A stretch of DNA of 61,778 nucleotides from a virus (taxonomy: Duplodnaviria; Caudoviricetes), in IMG/VR virus record IMGVR_UViG_3300025141_010303, positions 1 to 61,778 of that record; one strand, 5' to 3'. Position numbers and translations under genes: made by a program. Shown here piece after piece: positions 19,648-28,114 of this stretch. Under the pieces are notes generated by a model that had not been told where the DNA came from, searched no databases, and saw only the letters and a program-made list of their open reading frames with translations. How positions within the stretch are numbered: position 1 is the stretch's first letter; each line of letters starts with the position of its first letter.

Positions 19648-20256
19648 TTATTTTCCATAAGAACCAGGTTCAACCATAGCTGGTGTATAAATCTCCCACT
19701 TACCTGAAGCTATTAATGGTTCTGCTTTTTTGTATTTAATCTCTTTTGATTCTTTACCATTCGTAATCATAACTCTCTCATTACGACCAAATTTCTTTGG
19801 TGCTCTATATGGTTTTTGTTTCCATTCTCTATCAAACATTGTGACTCCAGATAAATGATCCATCTCATGCTGAACACAAGCACATTCAAAAGCATCATTC
19901 ATATTATTACTATCAGCTGAGAAAGATAATTGTCCTTTGTGATTATCAGCTTCAACTATAACTTCAACGAATCGTGTTGTTCTAATATGTTTATTTGGAA
20001 ATGATAAACAACCTTCTGGAAACACAAATGTATCTTCTGATTGTTCTACAATTCGCGGATTAATCAATACAATCGGTTTTTTAACATTAACAACACAGAC
20101 TTGTTTGTTAATACCAATTTGATTTGCTGCTAATCCAATTCCATTTTTAGATTCAGCTAACACTTTAAGTAATTGTGCTCCAATTTCTTCACCCTCTTCA
20201 ATTGAAGAAACTTCTTCACATATTGTTTGTAACTTTGATATTTCTGTAATTATCAT
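19648..20256 (-). CDS. def: Peptide deformylase
   Basis: GIGLAANQIG, EGCLS, QHEMDHL. Confidence 0.95.
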   Translation of the reverse strand: MIITEISKLQTICEEVSSIEEGEEIGAQLLKVLAESKNGIGLAANQIGINKQVCVVNVKKPIVLINPRIVEQSEDTFVFPEGCLSFPNKHIRTTRFVEVIVEADNHKGQLSFSADSNNMNDAFECACVQHEMDHLSGVTMFDREWKQKPYRAPKKFGRNERVMITNGKESKEIKYKKAEPLIASGKWEIYTPAMVEPGSYGK

Positions 20257-20672
20257 TTGGTTTTTTTCCTTAGCTTTTTTCGTTTTTTATATTCTTTAAC
20301 TTCTTTGAATAATTTTTGGTCTGCTGTTAATTTCTTTTTCTTTCTCTTCTTCGGTGGTTTCACTTTAGTAGGTTTAAGTGTTCCCTTTAATTCAGTTTGT
20401 TCTTTTCCTTTGTGAAACACATTACCATCTTTGTCAACATACTCTTTCATAAAATGCCAACCGGCTGGTCGACCACTTATTTTATTTTTATTTAATGATG
20501 GTAACATTTCGTCTAGTGGCATAGCCTTTAAACATAGTATAGATGTACATCTTGAACAAGTTATAGCAGTTACATCATTATCAACTTCAATATAATCATG
20601 ACAGCTCTTACATTGCATATAACGTTGACCCTTTTCTACAAAACTTAAATAACTTTCTTTTTTATTATTCAT
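20253..20672 (-). CDS. Hypothetical Zn-finger protein with basic tail
   Basis: CKSC...CSRC; GRPAGWHFMKEYVDKDGNVFHKG. Confidence 0.65.
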   Translation of the reverse strand: MNNKKESYLSFVEKGQRYMQCKSCHDYIEVDNDVTAITCSRCTSILCLKAMPLDEMLPSLNKNKISGRPAGWHFMKEYVDKDGNVFHKGKEQTELKGTLKPTKVKPPKKRKKKKLTADQKLFKEVKEYKKRKKLRKKTK

Positions 20673-20720
20673 TAAATGACTTCTTTTTTTTATTATTTAT
20701 TTTGATTTTTCTCATATTAT

Positions 20721-20750
20721 AATATACAACGGTATATACATATAAAACAA
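20721..20750 (-). promoter_or_regulatory. Early promoter variant TTGTTT-N18-TATATT
   Basis: Same GTTGTATATT core and 18-bp spacer. Confidence 0.65.
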
Positions 20751-20834
20751 GAACTTTTTTTAATTATTTTTCCCAATGTGAAATTACAACAGGGTTTTAT
20801 AAAATAAAACCCCGCTATAACTTATAATGTAACC

Positions 20835-21026
20835 TTATTTATCTACCTTTGGAATCTCTTCAAACTCAGCTTCAATTATCTCATCACACATATAATATAA
20901 ATTATCCTTACGCAAAATAATATCAGTATTATAACCTTTTCTTAATTCCTCAATAGATAATTCTGTTGTTATAGGCACTTTGCCATAAACAATATATAAT
21001 GTATCATTATATTCTATTTTCTCCAC
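20835..21026 (-). CDS. Hypothetical protein
   Basis: 63 aa; GTG start overlapping the hsp20 stop. Confidence 0.55.
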   Translation of the reverse strand: MEKIEYNDTLYIVYGKVPITTELSIEELRKGYNTDIILRKDNLYYMCDEIIEAEFEEIPKVDK

Positions 21027-21487
21027 TAGGAAATTTTAACAAATTTCTTCTTGGGCGATTCCGGTTCTTTCTTTGGAATTGATATAGATAACAACCCATC
21101 TTTGAATGAAGCACTTATATCATCTCCATCCAAATGATCACCAAGATTAAAAGATCTCTTAAATGATGATTGCTTTAATTCACGCGTTATACATTTAACT
21201 CCACCATCTTTAAATCCATGCTTATCACCTGATATAGTAAGGATATCATCCTCAACATCAACAGTAACATCCTTCTTATCCAATCCAGGAATCTCTGCTA
21301 TGATACCAATCTTGTCATCATATTCATACACATTCACTTTAGGATAAGAACCTTGATTAAAAGATACTCCAACTTCTTCTTTAAAAGTAGGAAATGTCTT
21401 ACTCATCAGTTCATCAAAAATTTTATCAAATGGTGTTAAAAATTCATCTCGGTTGAGATGTGTTGGCTTTACAAGTATTCTTGTCAT
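21026..21487 (-). CDS. Small heat-shock protein Hsp20
   Basis: YPKVNV, AEIPGL, LTISG, SFKRSF, ASFKDGLLSI alpha-crystallin motifs. Confidence 0.93.
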   Translation of the reverse strand: MTRILVKPTHLNRDEFLTPFDKIFDELMSKTFPTFKEEVGVSFNQGSYPKVNVYEYDDKIGIIAEIPGLDKKDVTVDVEDDILTISGDKHGFKDGGVKCITRELKQSSFKRSFNLGDHLDGDDISASFKDGLLSISIPKKEPESPKKKFVKIS

Positions 21488-21609
21488 TTTATTTCTCCTG
21501 TGTTATTAATTAACTATTTAGTCTAACTAATTGAACTATCCTCTTTTGAGCGATAATCCAAACTTCACACATAAATATACAAAAATCATACAAAACTATA
21601 AAAAAAGAT

Positions 21610-22173
21610 TTATCCGAAACATATTGTCATAATATCTGACAACCTGTCAATACTAATTTTAGATTTCTGACTTTTTGTATTCCAAGACTGACGGAAACAT
21701 ATAGGAACACCATCAGCAACAGATTTCTTTTTGAACATACCAAGTTTAGTTGGTGAATCATCTATTAATACATCTACATCAACAGACCACTTATGTGGTG
21801 TGAAATGTATTTCATCAAATGTAAATCCCCACCTTTGTAACCATTCTAATGTCAGATCTATACATTGCTTCCTCTGAGCTGATACCAATATCAATTCATG
21901 GTCATATTCTTTAGCCCACTCTTTTATTTTAGTCCAATCTTCAAAAGAAGATTCAATAACAGAAGTTTCAGGACCAAACAATTCTTTATAATGATTTTTA
22001 AAAATATATTCTTCAGTTTCATCACTATTCCAAAATGGTAGCCAATCTTCCCAATCCCAACTATGTGGGATACCAATCTTATCAGCGTGTTCCGGATGAG
22101 TTTCTTTTATTTTATTGATAAGGTCGGGAATGAAATCCCTTAATACCCCATCACAATCTATTCCTATTCTCAT
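21610..22173 (-). CDS. 5'(3')-deoxyribonucleotidase (HAD, NT5C-like)
   Basis: IGIDCDGVL, VSAQ, LIDDSP, SWN. Confidence 0.8.
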   Translation of the reverse strand: MRIGIDCDGVLRDFIPDLINKIKETHPEHADKIGIPHSWDWEDWLPFWNSDETEEYIFKNHYKELFGPETSVIESSFEDWTKIKEWAKEYDHELILVSAQRKQCIDLTLEWLQRWGFTFDEIHFTPHKWSVDVDVLIDDSPTKLGMFKKKSVADGVPICFRQSWNTKSQKSKISIDRLSDIMTICFG

Positions 22174-22196
22174 TTGTAACCTTTATTAATTGTGAG

Positions 22197-22288
22197 GAGA
22201 GTGCCCGGAGGGACCGAACTTACTTTTGTTCTGTCTTGGCCAAGCCGAAGTTATACAGAAGAAGCCTGTCAGTATGCGGGCAACTCTC
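22197..22288 (-). ncRNA. Unidentified structured RNA (92-nt GC-rich rod)
   Basis: GAGAGUUGCCCG/CGGGCACUCUC closing helix; inner GAC/GUC, GGCUU/AAGUU and UUCUGU/ACAGAA helices; strand inferred from neighbours. Confidence 0.5.
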
Positions 22289-22291
22289 AAT

Positions 22292-24478
22292 TTATTTTTC
22301 CAAGAATTTTTTATTCATAGTCTTTGCTACTTCCATCATATTGGTAGGATTAATAAGAGAAGCATCTTTACCATACATAGTTTTAAATGATTTTTCAAGA
22401 TTAGAAGAACTATAATCATCATCAGTAATAAAATAACTCATAACTTTCAAACCACGATTCTTCATCTCTTTAACCATTTTACGAGTGTGTGTTTCAGCAC
22501 ACTCACCAGCATAATAGATATCTTTATTAGAATAAATTGGCTGTCCATCTGAATAATTAATAAAATAACTATCCTGATTTGAATTTCCTGGAATCAAATC
22601 TTTCATTATCGATTCAAAACAAAGTCCTTCAGGTGTAGTACCTGTGGTGTTAATAGATGGAAACATACTCTTCACTTTGGCAAGTTTATCAACACTTGAA
22701 TCATATATAACCATAATCAAAGGAACATTAACAGTACCTCTGTAGGGAATATGTGTGGTTCTAATTGAAACAATAACATCAATATTACCAGCCATATCAC
22801 AAGCCTTAATCATTGCAACTGCTGATGTCATTGCTCTATTCCATTTCTTACCACTCATTGATCCACTAGCATCAATTGAAATATGAAGATAAGCTTTGTT
22901 AAATTTCTCAACAAAAGTCTGACTAAATACATTAGAATTATTAAATCCACATTCAGCCAACAATCTTTTATCAATTCTACCAGAATCTTTTCTTGAATAT
23001 TTTAACGAATTTTCTTCTCCACGAATCTTTAATTTCTTACCAAGAATAGAACCAAGTCTTAAACCCTCTTCAATAAAATTATAACTGTTATACCCAAAAT
23101 ATCTATCGTGATTATATGTAGTAGCACAAGAAAATATATTCGAATCAATTAAACTTTTGGTAAGTTTCTTAACAACTAAACAATTAATACCATTACTAAT
23201 GTTGTTATGATTATAATAATAATTTGATGTTGGACAACCTTTTCCAACTTTCTCATATGTCGCACCAGACTCATCAATGGCAGAAATCGAATCATTATCT
23301 TTTTTAGAAAGTTTGGTTTTCTTAACATCACCATCTAAAAACTTTTCTTGTTTTTTAAAATGTTTTTTCAATAATTCTTTTTGTCTATCTGAAAGTTCAA
23401 TAGGTTCTGAACCATCATCATTGGAAGTTCCATTACCAATAGAATCATTATCTAAAGCTTCTTTTAAATCTTCATCTGAAATAGTATTACTACCACCATT
23501 ATCAGAAGAATCATCATTCTCATTAACACCTTCTGAAGAACTACCACCTGAAGCATTGTTGTCAGTACCTTCCATACCTTCAGTACTTTCATCAGAAGAA
23601 TTACCATCCTCATCATTTAATATTTCACTTTTATCAATTGATTTGAAAATAACACCTACAACATCAAGTGCCACTTTCAAAACATCAGCTGTTGTAGTTA
23701 ATCGAGAAATATTTTTTAAATCAATAAATGAATAAATTTCTTTCAAACCAGATAACGCACCCAACTGACAATTCTTATTATGTAGATTGATAATTCTGAA
23801 CATATAACTTTCAATATCTTCAACTCTAAATTCAGAACTCAATAAACCATTATCTACATTCTTTGAATAAAAATACTTCTCATACATAGAATGATAATAA
23901 CCTTTATAACCAGGTGAAGTAGAAAAAATGAAATTATCAATTCTTCTATCTTCAATATAGTTTAAAATATTCTTTACCAACTTTAAAGTTTCACTTTTTG
24001 TAATTCCTTTATCTAATCCTAATAAATAAGTTTCAGCAGGAATCTCAAATTCTAAATTTTTCAATAAACTAAAATTAGAAAGTTTAATGTGAGATGCCTC
24101 ATGTAGAGCCAAACCAACTGCAACATCAAATTTCTTATCATTTAAATCAGCACCGATAACAACTTTTTTACCATCAGTAAATGATTCATCCTTATTGTTG
24201 AAAACAACAGGAATATTCTTTTCAGTAACAATACTAACAAAATTACTAATGGCTCTCTTATATCCAGCCAAAGCAATTACATCTTTACCTTTAGGCTTAT
24301 CAATAGATAATCCTAAAAAATCATCAAGAACATTATCATCAACTGTTGTATCCCAAAATGATGAATATGACTTTGACATCGGTCTTGATTTAGAAAAACC
24401 ACTCCTAAATATAAAACCACTGTCATCCTTTTTTAATATCATTGAATTTCCCTTTTCTTTTATTTTCTCTCTTATCAT
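22292..24478 (-). CDS. Metallopeptidase-like + vWA protein (CobT-like partner of a MoxR AAA+ ATPase)
   Basis: ALHEASH, NYIEDRRID, acidic linker, IDASGSM MIDAS, GTTPEG, YSDGQP. Confidence 0.8.
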   Translation of the reverse strand: MIREKIKEKGNSMILKKDDSGFIFRSGFSKSRPMSKSYSSFWDTTVDDNVLDDFLGLSIDKPKGKDVIALAGYKRAISNFVSIVTEKNIPVVFNNKDESFTDGKKVVIGADLNDKKFDVAVGLALHEASHIKLSNFSLLKNLEFEIPAETYLLGLDKGITKSETLKLVKNILNYIEDRRIDNFIFSTSPGYKGYYHSMYEKYFYSKNVDNGLLSSEFRVEDIESYMFRIINLHNKNCQLGALSGLKEIYSFIDLKNISRLTTTADVLKVALDVVGVIFKSIDKSEILNDEDGNSSDESTEGMEGTDNNASGGSSSEGVNENDDSSDNGGSNTISDEDLKEALDNDSIGNGTSNDDGSEPIELSDRQKELLKKHFKKQEKFLDGDVKKTKLSKKDNDSISAIDESGATYEKVGKGCPTSNYYYNHNNISNGINCLVVKKLTKSLIDSNIFSCATTYNHDRYFGYNSYNFIEEGLRLGSILGKKLKIRGEENSLKYSRKDSGRIDKRLLAECGFNNSNVFSQTFVEKFNKAYLHISIDASGSMSGKKWNRAMTSAVAMIKACDMAGNIDVIVSIRTTHIPYRGTVNVPLIMVIYDSSVDKLAKVKSMFPSINTTGTTPEGLCFESIMKDLIPGNSNQDSYFINYSDGQPIYSNKDIYYAGECAETHTRKMVKEMKNRGLKVMSYFITDDDYSSSNLEKSFKTMYGKDASLINPTNMMEVAKTMNKKFLEK

Positions 24479-24485
24479 CTATAGT

Positions 24486-24515
24486 AATATACAACATTTT
24501 TATAATACGAGTCAA
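24486..24515 (-). promoter_or_regulatory. Early promoter TTGACT-N18-TATATT
   Basis: Conserved copy. Confidence 0.85.
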
Positions 24516-24994
24516 GTGTTTTTTTCACTATTTTTAACTTTTTTATCAAATTGTTTGTACATATTGTTTAACGCCTTCATCTGTTTCACCGTTAAACTAC
24601 CTCTATTATGAACTTGTTTTTCAATAGAGTTTAAAAAATATAATTTATCAGTTGTATAACTTACTGTATAATTACATTCATTTAATTTCTTCTTAATTAT
24701 ATTTAACTTATTTAAAGTACTATCAATGAAATCTGCTTTCTCTTTATATAACTTAGGATCAGTACTATCTTTTAAATGTTTAGCATATGACTTAACTATA
24801 TTAGTAATAGCCAATTCCATCTTCGGTGTAATCTTCCTACCACTTATTAAAGCTTCATACATACTAAATATAAATTCATGATAACCATTGAGTGAACCAA
24901 ATTTTGGAATATATGAACTATCTTTAGTTATAACACTTAATTGCTCAATCCTACGACTAAATTTCTTCTTATTATATTCTATATGTTTATTCAT
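24512..24994 (-). CDS. Hypothetical protein
   Basis: 160-aa ORF. Confidence 0.6.
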   Translation of the reverse strand: MNKHIEYNKKKFSRRIEQLSVITKDSSYIPKFGSLNGYHEFIFSMYEALISGRKITPKMELAITNIVKSYAKHLKDSTDPKLYKEKADFIDSTLNKLNIIKKKLNECNYTVSYTTDKLYFLNSIEKQVHNRGSLTVKQMKALNNMYKQFDKKVKNSEKNT

Positions 24995-25026
24995 TTCTTC
25001 TTGTCGTAAATAACTTTAACCTTTTA

Positions 25027-25278
25027 TTAATTTCGAACGGAATAATAACCTTTATGATCAGATTCAAATCCAACTAAATGATTGTCATCTTTAGAAACTA
25101 TTTCTGTCATAGTTTTATCTTTTCTTTCACTTATACCGAATTCAGTATAATACTTCGCTCCCTTATATATCCTACCAGTTGGTAATGGTTCTTCTATTAC
25201 TTCAAAGAATTCATCTATCAATTCTAAATTGGAAGAACTTTCAGTTACAGCTTCAAAATATAGTTCACTAATATTCAT
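25027..25278 (-). CDS. Hypothetical protein
   Basis: AAGGAG RBS; downstream of a promoter. Confidence 0.6.
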   Translation of the reverse strand: MNISELYFEAVTESSSNLELIDEFFEVIEEPLPTGRIYKGAKYYTEFGISERKDKTMTEIVSKDDNHLVGFESDHKGYYSVRN

Positions 25279-25323
25279 TATATTTTCTCCTTTTTAATTA
25301 TTTCTTCTCTCATCATCTATAGT

Positions 25324-25353
25324 AATATACAACAATTAAGTAATACGAGTCAA
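25324..25353 (-). promoter_or_regulatory. Early promoter TTGACT-N18-TATATT
   Basis: Conserved copy. Confidence 0.85.
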
Positions 25354-25376
25354 GTCTTTTTTTCATAATTTCAAAT

Positions 25377-25820
25377 TTATTCTACCTTCCAGACATGAGC
25401 TTTGTTAATATTTTCTATTCTTTTATTTCCAATATACTTCACTAGTTTTTTTAGTGTAACTATAGCTGAATAAAATCCATTCATTCGTTGAGCTGTAACT
25501 GTATTTGTCATACCAATATCATTCATTAATTTTACTTCGTCAATAATAAGTATTTCATTTTTTGTTTTACCGTTTACATAAATATTTAAAACATACAATA
25601 ATCCTTTAACTAACATAGACTCCGAATCTGTTTTTATTTTAACTGGGTCTACACTATCGAGGATTACATATGATGTTGATACACACCCCAATATTCTATT
25701 ATCATCTGTTTTTAAATTATCTGGTATACCATCATTCTTTTTAGCTAAATCAACTATATAACTTATTCTATCTAAACCTTCAAACAAAGATAAATTAGTT
25801 TTTAATGTTTCAAATTTCAT
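25377..25820 (-). CDS. sufE: SufE-family Fe-S sulfur-transfer protein
   Basis: YIVDLAK, NRILGCVS, DSESMLVKGL, QRMNG. Confidence 0.8.
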   Translation of the reverse strand: MKFETLKTNLSLFEGLDRISYIVDLAKKNDGIPDNLKTDDNRILGCVSTSYVILDSVDPVKIKTDSESMLVKGLLYVLNIYVNGKTKNEILIIDEVKLMNDIGMTNTVTAQRMNGFYSAIVTLKKLVKYIGNKRIENINKAHVWKVE

Positions 25821-26088
25821 TTAATTTTTTAATTACATCTTCAATCTTTCTGTTACGCCTACAATAATATAACTCCGTCGTAAGCTCCTCTATCTCTCGC
25901 TCCAATTCATTAACTATCTTATTGTGCTTATCCATAGATATGGCTATAACTTTCATATTATGATATGAACCAGATGATATACCACTACCACCTTCAGTAA
26001 ATGGATTCGGTGTTGGCTCTCTCCAATCCTTACCCTTCGGAAACTTCTTCCTATAACTGTCTTGTATACTTTGTGATTTATCTTTCAT
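25810..26088 (-). CDS. Hypothetical protein
   Basis: 92-aa ORF overlapping the sufE start. Confidence 0.5.
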   Translation of the reverse strand: MKDKSQSIQDSYRKKFPKGKDWREPTPNPFTEGGSGISSGSYHNMKVIAISMDKHNKIVNELEREIEELTTELYYCRRNRKIEDVIKKLNEI

Positions 26089-26109
26089 ATCTTACAAGTT
26101 GAAAATTTT

Positions 26110-26301
26110 TTAAATGTTAAATAGTTTATATATGATATATAATATAAACATAGGACCAAATATTAAAATTAACTTCTCTATTATACCAAGCTCTGTGTAT
26201 ACAAACTTAACATCCTTTATACTATGCCGACTACGATAAGCCCGACGTAAACTTGAATTGTAATCAACTTGTTTTCCCTTGTTATTATCACGACGATACA
26301 T
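26110..26301 (-). CDS. Small protein with C-terminal TM helix
   Basis: GAGG RBS; ATATTTAT motif upstream. Confidence 0.55.
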   Translation of the reverse strand: MYRRDNNKGKQVDYNSSLRRAYRSRHSIKDVKFVYTELGIIEKLILIFGPMFILYIIYKLFNI

Positions 26302-26385
26302 TTCTTATATCCCTCTATTAAATTAATACGTGTGTTATAATATTATCATATATAAATATCTTATGTGATCGTAATATGTATATTT

Positions 26386-27637
26386 ATTCTACTTTGTAAT
26401 CAATTACTTTTATTTCTTTTCCTCTTTAACTTTTTATCTAAATAATAAACATAAATATGTTTAGGTTCTGTAGTAAAAATCTTTATATCGGAATCCTTCT
26501 CTTTTAATCTACCCTGTACCTCAACAGCAAAAGAATGTGTATCAGTTAATATTCTTTCATGAAATCTTTCACCATCTACCAAAACTGATCTTTTAGTACC
26601 AGTCATACCATAATGAATAAAATTAGAAGCTTTATATATTATACCTTCATGACCAAAATGTGGATCTGCATAAGATATAATAACTTTATAGTCTGTATTT
26701 TTTCTTAACCATTTTAATGTTTTGCCAATAAAATAACTTTCAGTATTAGTAAGTGTATCATCTATACAACACAATCTTACAAGCTCCAATACTTTATCAG
26801 GACTTTCAGGATAATATTTTTGTGATGGTTTTGGCATAGCTGGTAATGCATATATCATACTACCTATTATATTATCTAATCCAAATTTACCTTCTCTAAA
26901 TAACCCAAAACAATATTTAACTTTCAATCCATGTGTTTTATGTGAATAATGCCATTTTTTTATAAATGGTTTAACAACCTTATATTCACTTAATTCTACT
27001 TTGTAATCAGTTACTTTTATTTCTTTTCCTCTTTAACTTTTTATCTAAATAATAAATATAAATATGTTTCTCACAAGTCTTTTTCCAATATACATCTGGA
27101 TCCTTATCTTCTAATCTTTGTCGTATAGTTTCAGCATACGGTGATACTTTCCTTAATGTTCTTCTATGATATTTTTTACCATCAACTATTAATACCTTAT
27201 CAGTTCCAGTCATATCATAATGAATAAAGTTGGTAGCCTTGTAAATAGTTCCACCATGTCCATAATCAGGGTCTGCATAAGATACAACAACTTGGTAATC
27301 TGTATTCTTGGATAACCACTTTAATGTTTGTCCGATAAAATAACTTTCCGTATTTGTAGGTGTATCGTCTATACAACACAACCTATTTAACTCTAATACT
27401 TTACCAGGTTTGTTTCCATACCTTACAGACTTCTGCTCCATCCTACTACTTGGAACTCCATATATCATACCACCTATTAGTTTAGGTAATCCAAATATAT
27501 CCTCATCAAATAAACCAAAACAATAAGACAAGCAAGCATGTAATCCCCTTACACTATGTGAATAATGCCATTTCTCTATAAATGGTTTAACAACCTTATA
27601 ATATTCACTTAATTCTACTTTGTAATCAGTTACTTTT
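26386..27637. repeat. Three 26-bp direct repeats (26386-26411, 26993-27018, 27612-27637) bounding the two Mom-like units
   Basis: attctactttgtaatca[a/g]ttactttt, spaced 607 and 619 bp apart. Confidence 0.92.
26400..27020 (-). CDS. Mom-like GNAT DNA-modification protein, copy 2 (no ATG; probable ATA start at 27020)
   Basis: VLELVRLCC, TESYFIG, ISYADP..GHEGIIYKASNF; frame open upstream of the ORF-track start (IKVTDYKVELSEYKVVKPFIKKWHYS), matching the copy 1 N-terminus. Confidence 0.75.
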   Translation of the reverse strand: MKVTDYKVELSEYKVVKPFIKKWHYSHKTHGLKVKYCFGLFREGKFGLDNIIGSMIYALPAMPKPSQKYYPESPDKVLELVRLCCIDDTLTNTESYFIGKTLKWLRKNTDYKVIISYADPHFGHEGIIYKASNFIHYGMTGTKRSVLVDGERFHERILTDTHSFAVEVQGRLKEKDSDIKIFTTEPKHIYVYYLDKKLKRKRNKSN

Positions 27638-27648
27638 TGTAATAACAT
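27007..27648 (-). CDS. Mom-like GNAT DNA-modification protein, copy 1
   Basis: WHYS, VLELNRLCC, NTESYFIG, VSYADPDYGHGGTIYKATNF. Confidence 0.8.
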   Translation of the reverse strand: MLLQKVTDYKVELSEYYKVVKPFIEKWHYSHSVRGLHACLSYCFGLFDEDIFGLPKLIGGMIYGVPSSRMEQKSVRYGNKPGKVLELNRLCCIDDTPTNTESYFIGQTLKWLSKNTDYQVVVSYADPDYGHGGTIYKATNFIHYDMTGTDKVLIVDGKKYHRRTLRKVSPYAETIRQRLEDKDPDVYWKKTCEKHIYIYYLDKKLKRKRNKSN

Positions 27649-27656
27649 AATATCTG

Positions 27657-27730
27657 TCGAGATGGCAGGATTCGAACCTACGGCCCCTTACTCCCAAAGC
27701 AAGTGTTCTACCGGACTGAACTACATCTCG
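27657..27730 (-). tRNA. tRNA-Pro(TGG)
   Basis: CGAGATG acceptor, TTTGGGA anticodon loop, GGTTCGAATCC. Confidence 0.93.
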
Positions 27731-27809
27731 TGGTGGAGCTCCGGGGATTTGAACCCCGCTGATATCCTCCGTGCAAGGGAGGCGAACACCCCAAGCATTC
27801 CCGAGCCCC
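27731..27809 (-). tRNA. tRNA-Ala(TGC) with encoded CCA
   Basis: GGGGCTC/GAGCTCC acceptor with G3:U70, CCTCC-CTTGCAC-GGAGG, GTTCAAATC; G8 and a 7-nt variable loop are atypical. Confidence 0.88.
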
Positions 27810-27813
27810 ATAG

Positions 27814-27886
27814 AGTACTGGGTGAGATTCGAACTCACGAATAATGGATTTGCAATCCACCCCATTAACCACTCTGGCACCAGTAC
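27814..27886 (-). tRNA. tRNA-Cys(GCA)
   Basis: GTACTGG/CCAGTAC acceptor, TTGCAAA loop, GTTCGAATC, U73. Confidence 0.92.
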
Positions 27887-28114
27887 ATTATCCTGTTGTA
27901 TGACTATCTGTTGAATAGCCATTTAAATTACTTGCATCATAAAAAATTAGTCCGAAATATACGCTAGTCAGAGCTCCCTCATGCATAAAATTAAAATATT
28001 GAAAAACCATTTCAAGTTGTTAAAAGCTTGAAAGTGTTGGTGGTGGGGCTTCCAAAAGAAACTATCAGGAAGCCCCTATTATATTCGTTAAATGTATATT
28101 TTAGTTAAGGGATA

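Noticed and set aside
21490-21565. RNA thermometer in the hsp20 leader
   Set aside because: A hairpin (GGAUUAUC/GAUAGUUC) exists but does not cover the GGAG RBS, and there is no ROSE or fourU motif
26386-27637. CRISPR array interpretation of the 26-bp repeats (also the 12571-12618 repeats)
   Set aside because: Spacers are ~600-bp coding units or absent; no cas genes and no regular 30-40-bp spacers anywhere in the window
27626-27922. 98-aa minus ORF and 60-aa plus ORF across the tRNA cluster
   Set aside because: They overlap three clear tRNA genes; artefacts of local GC richness
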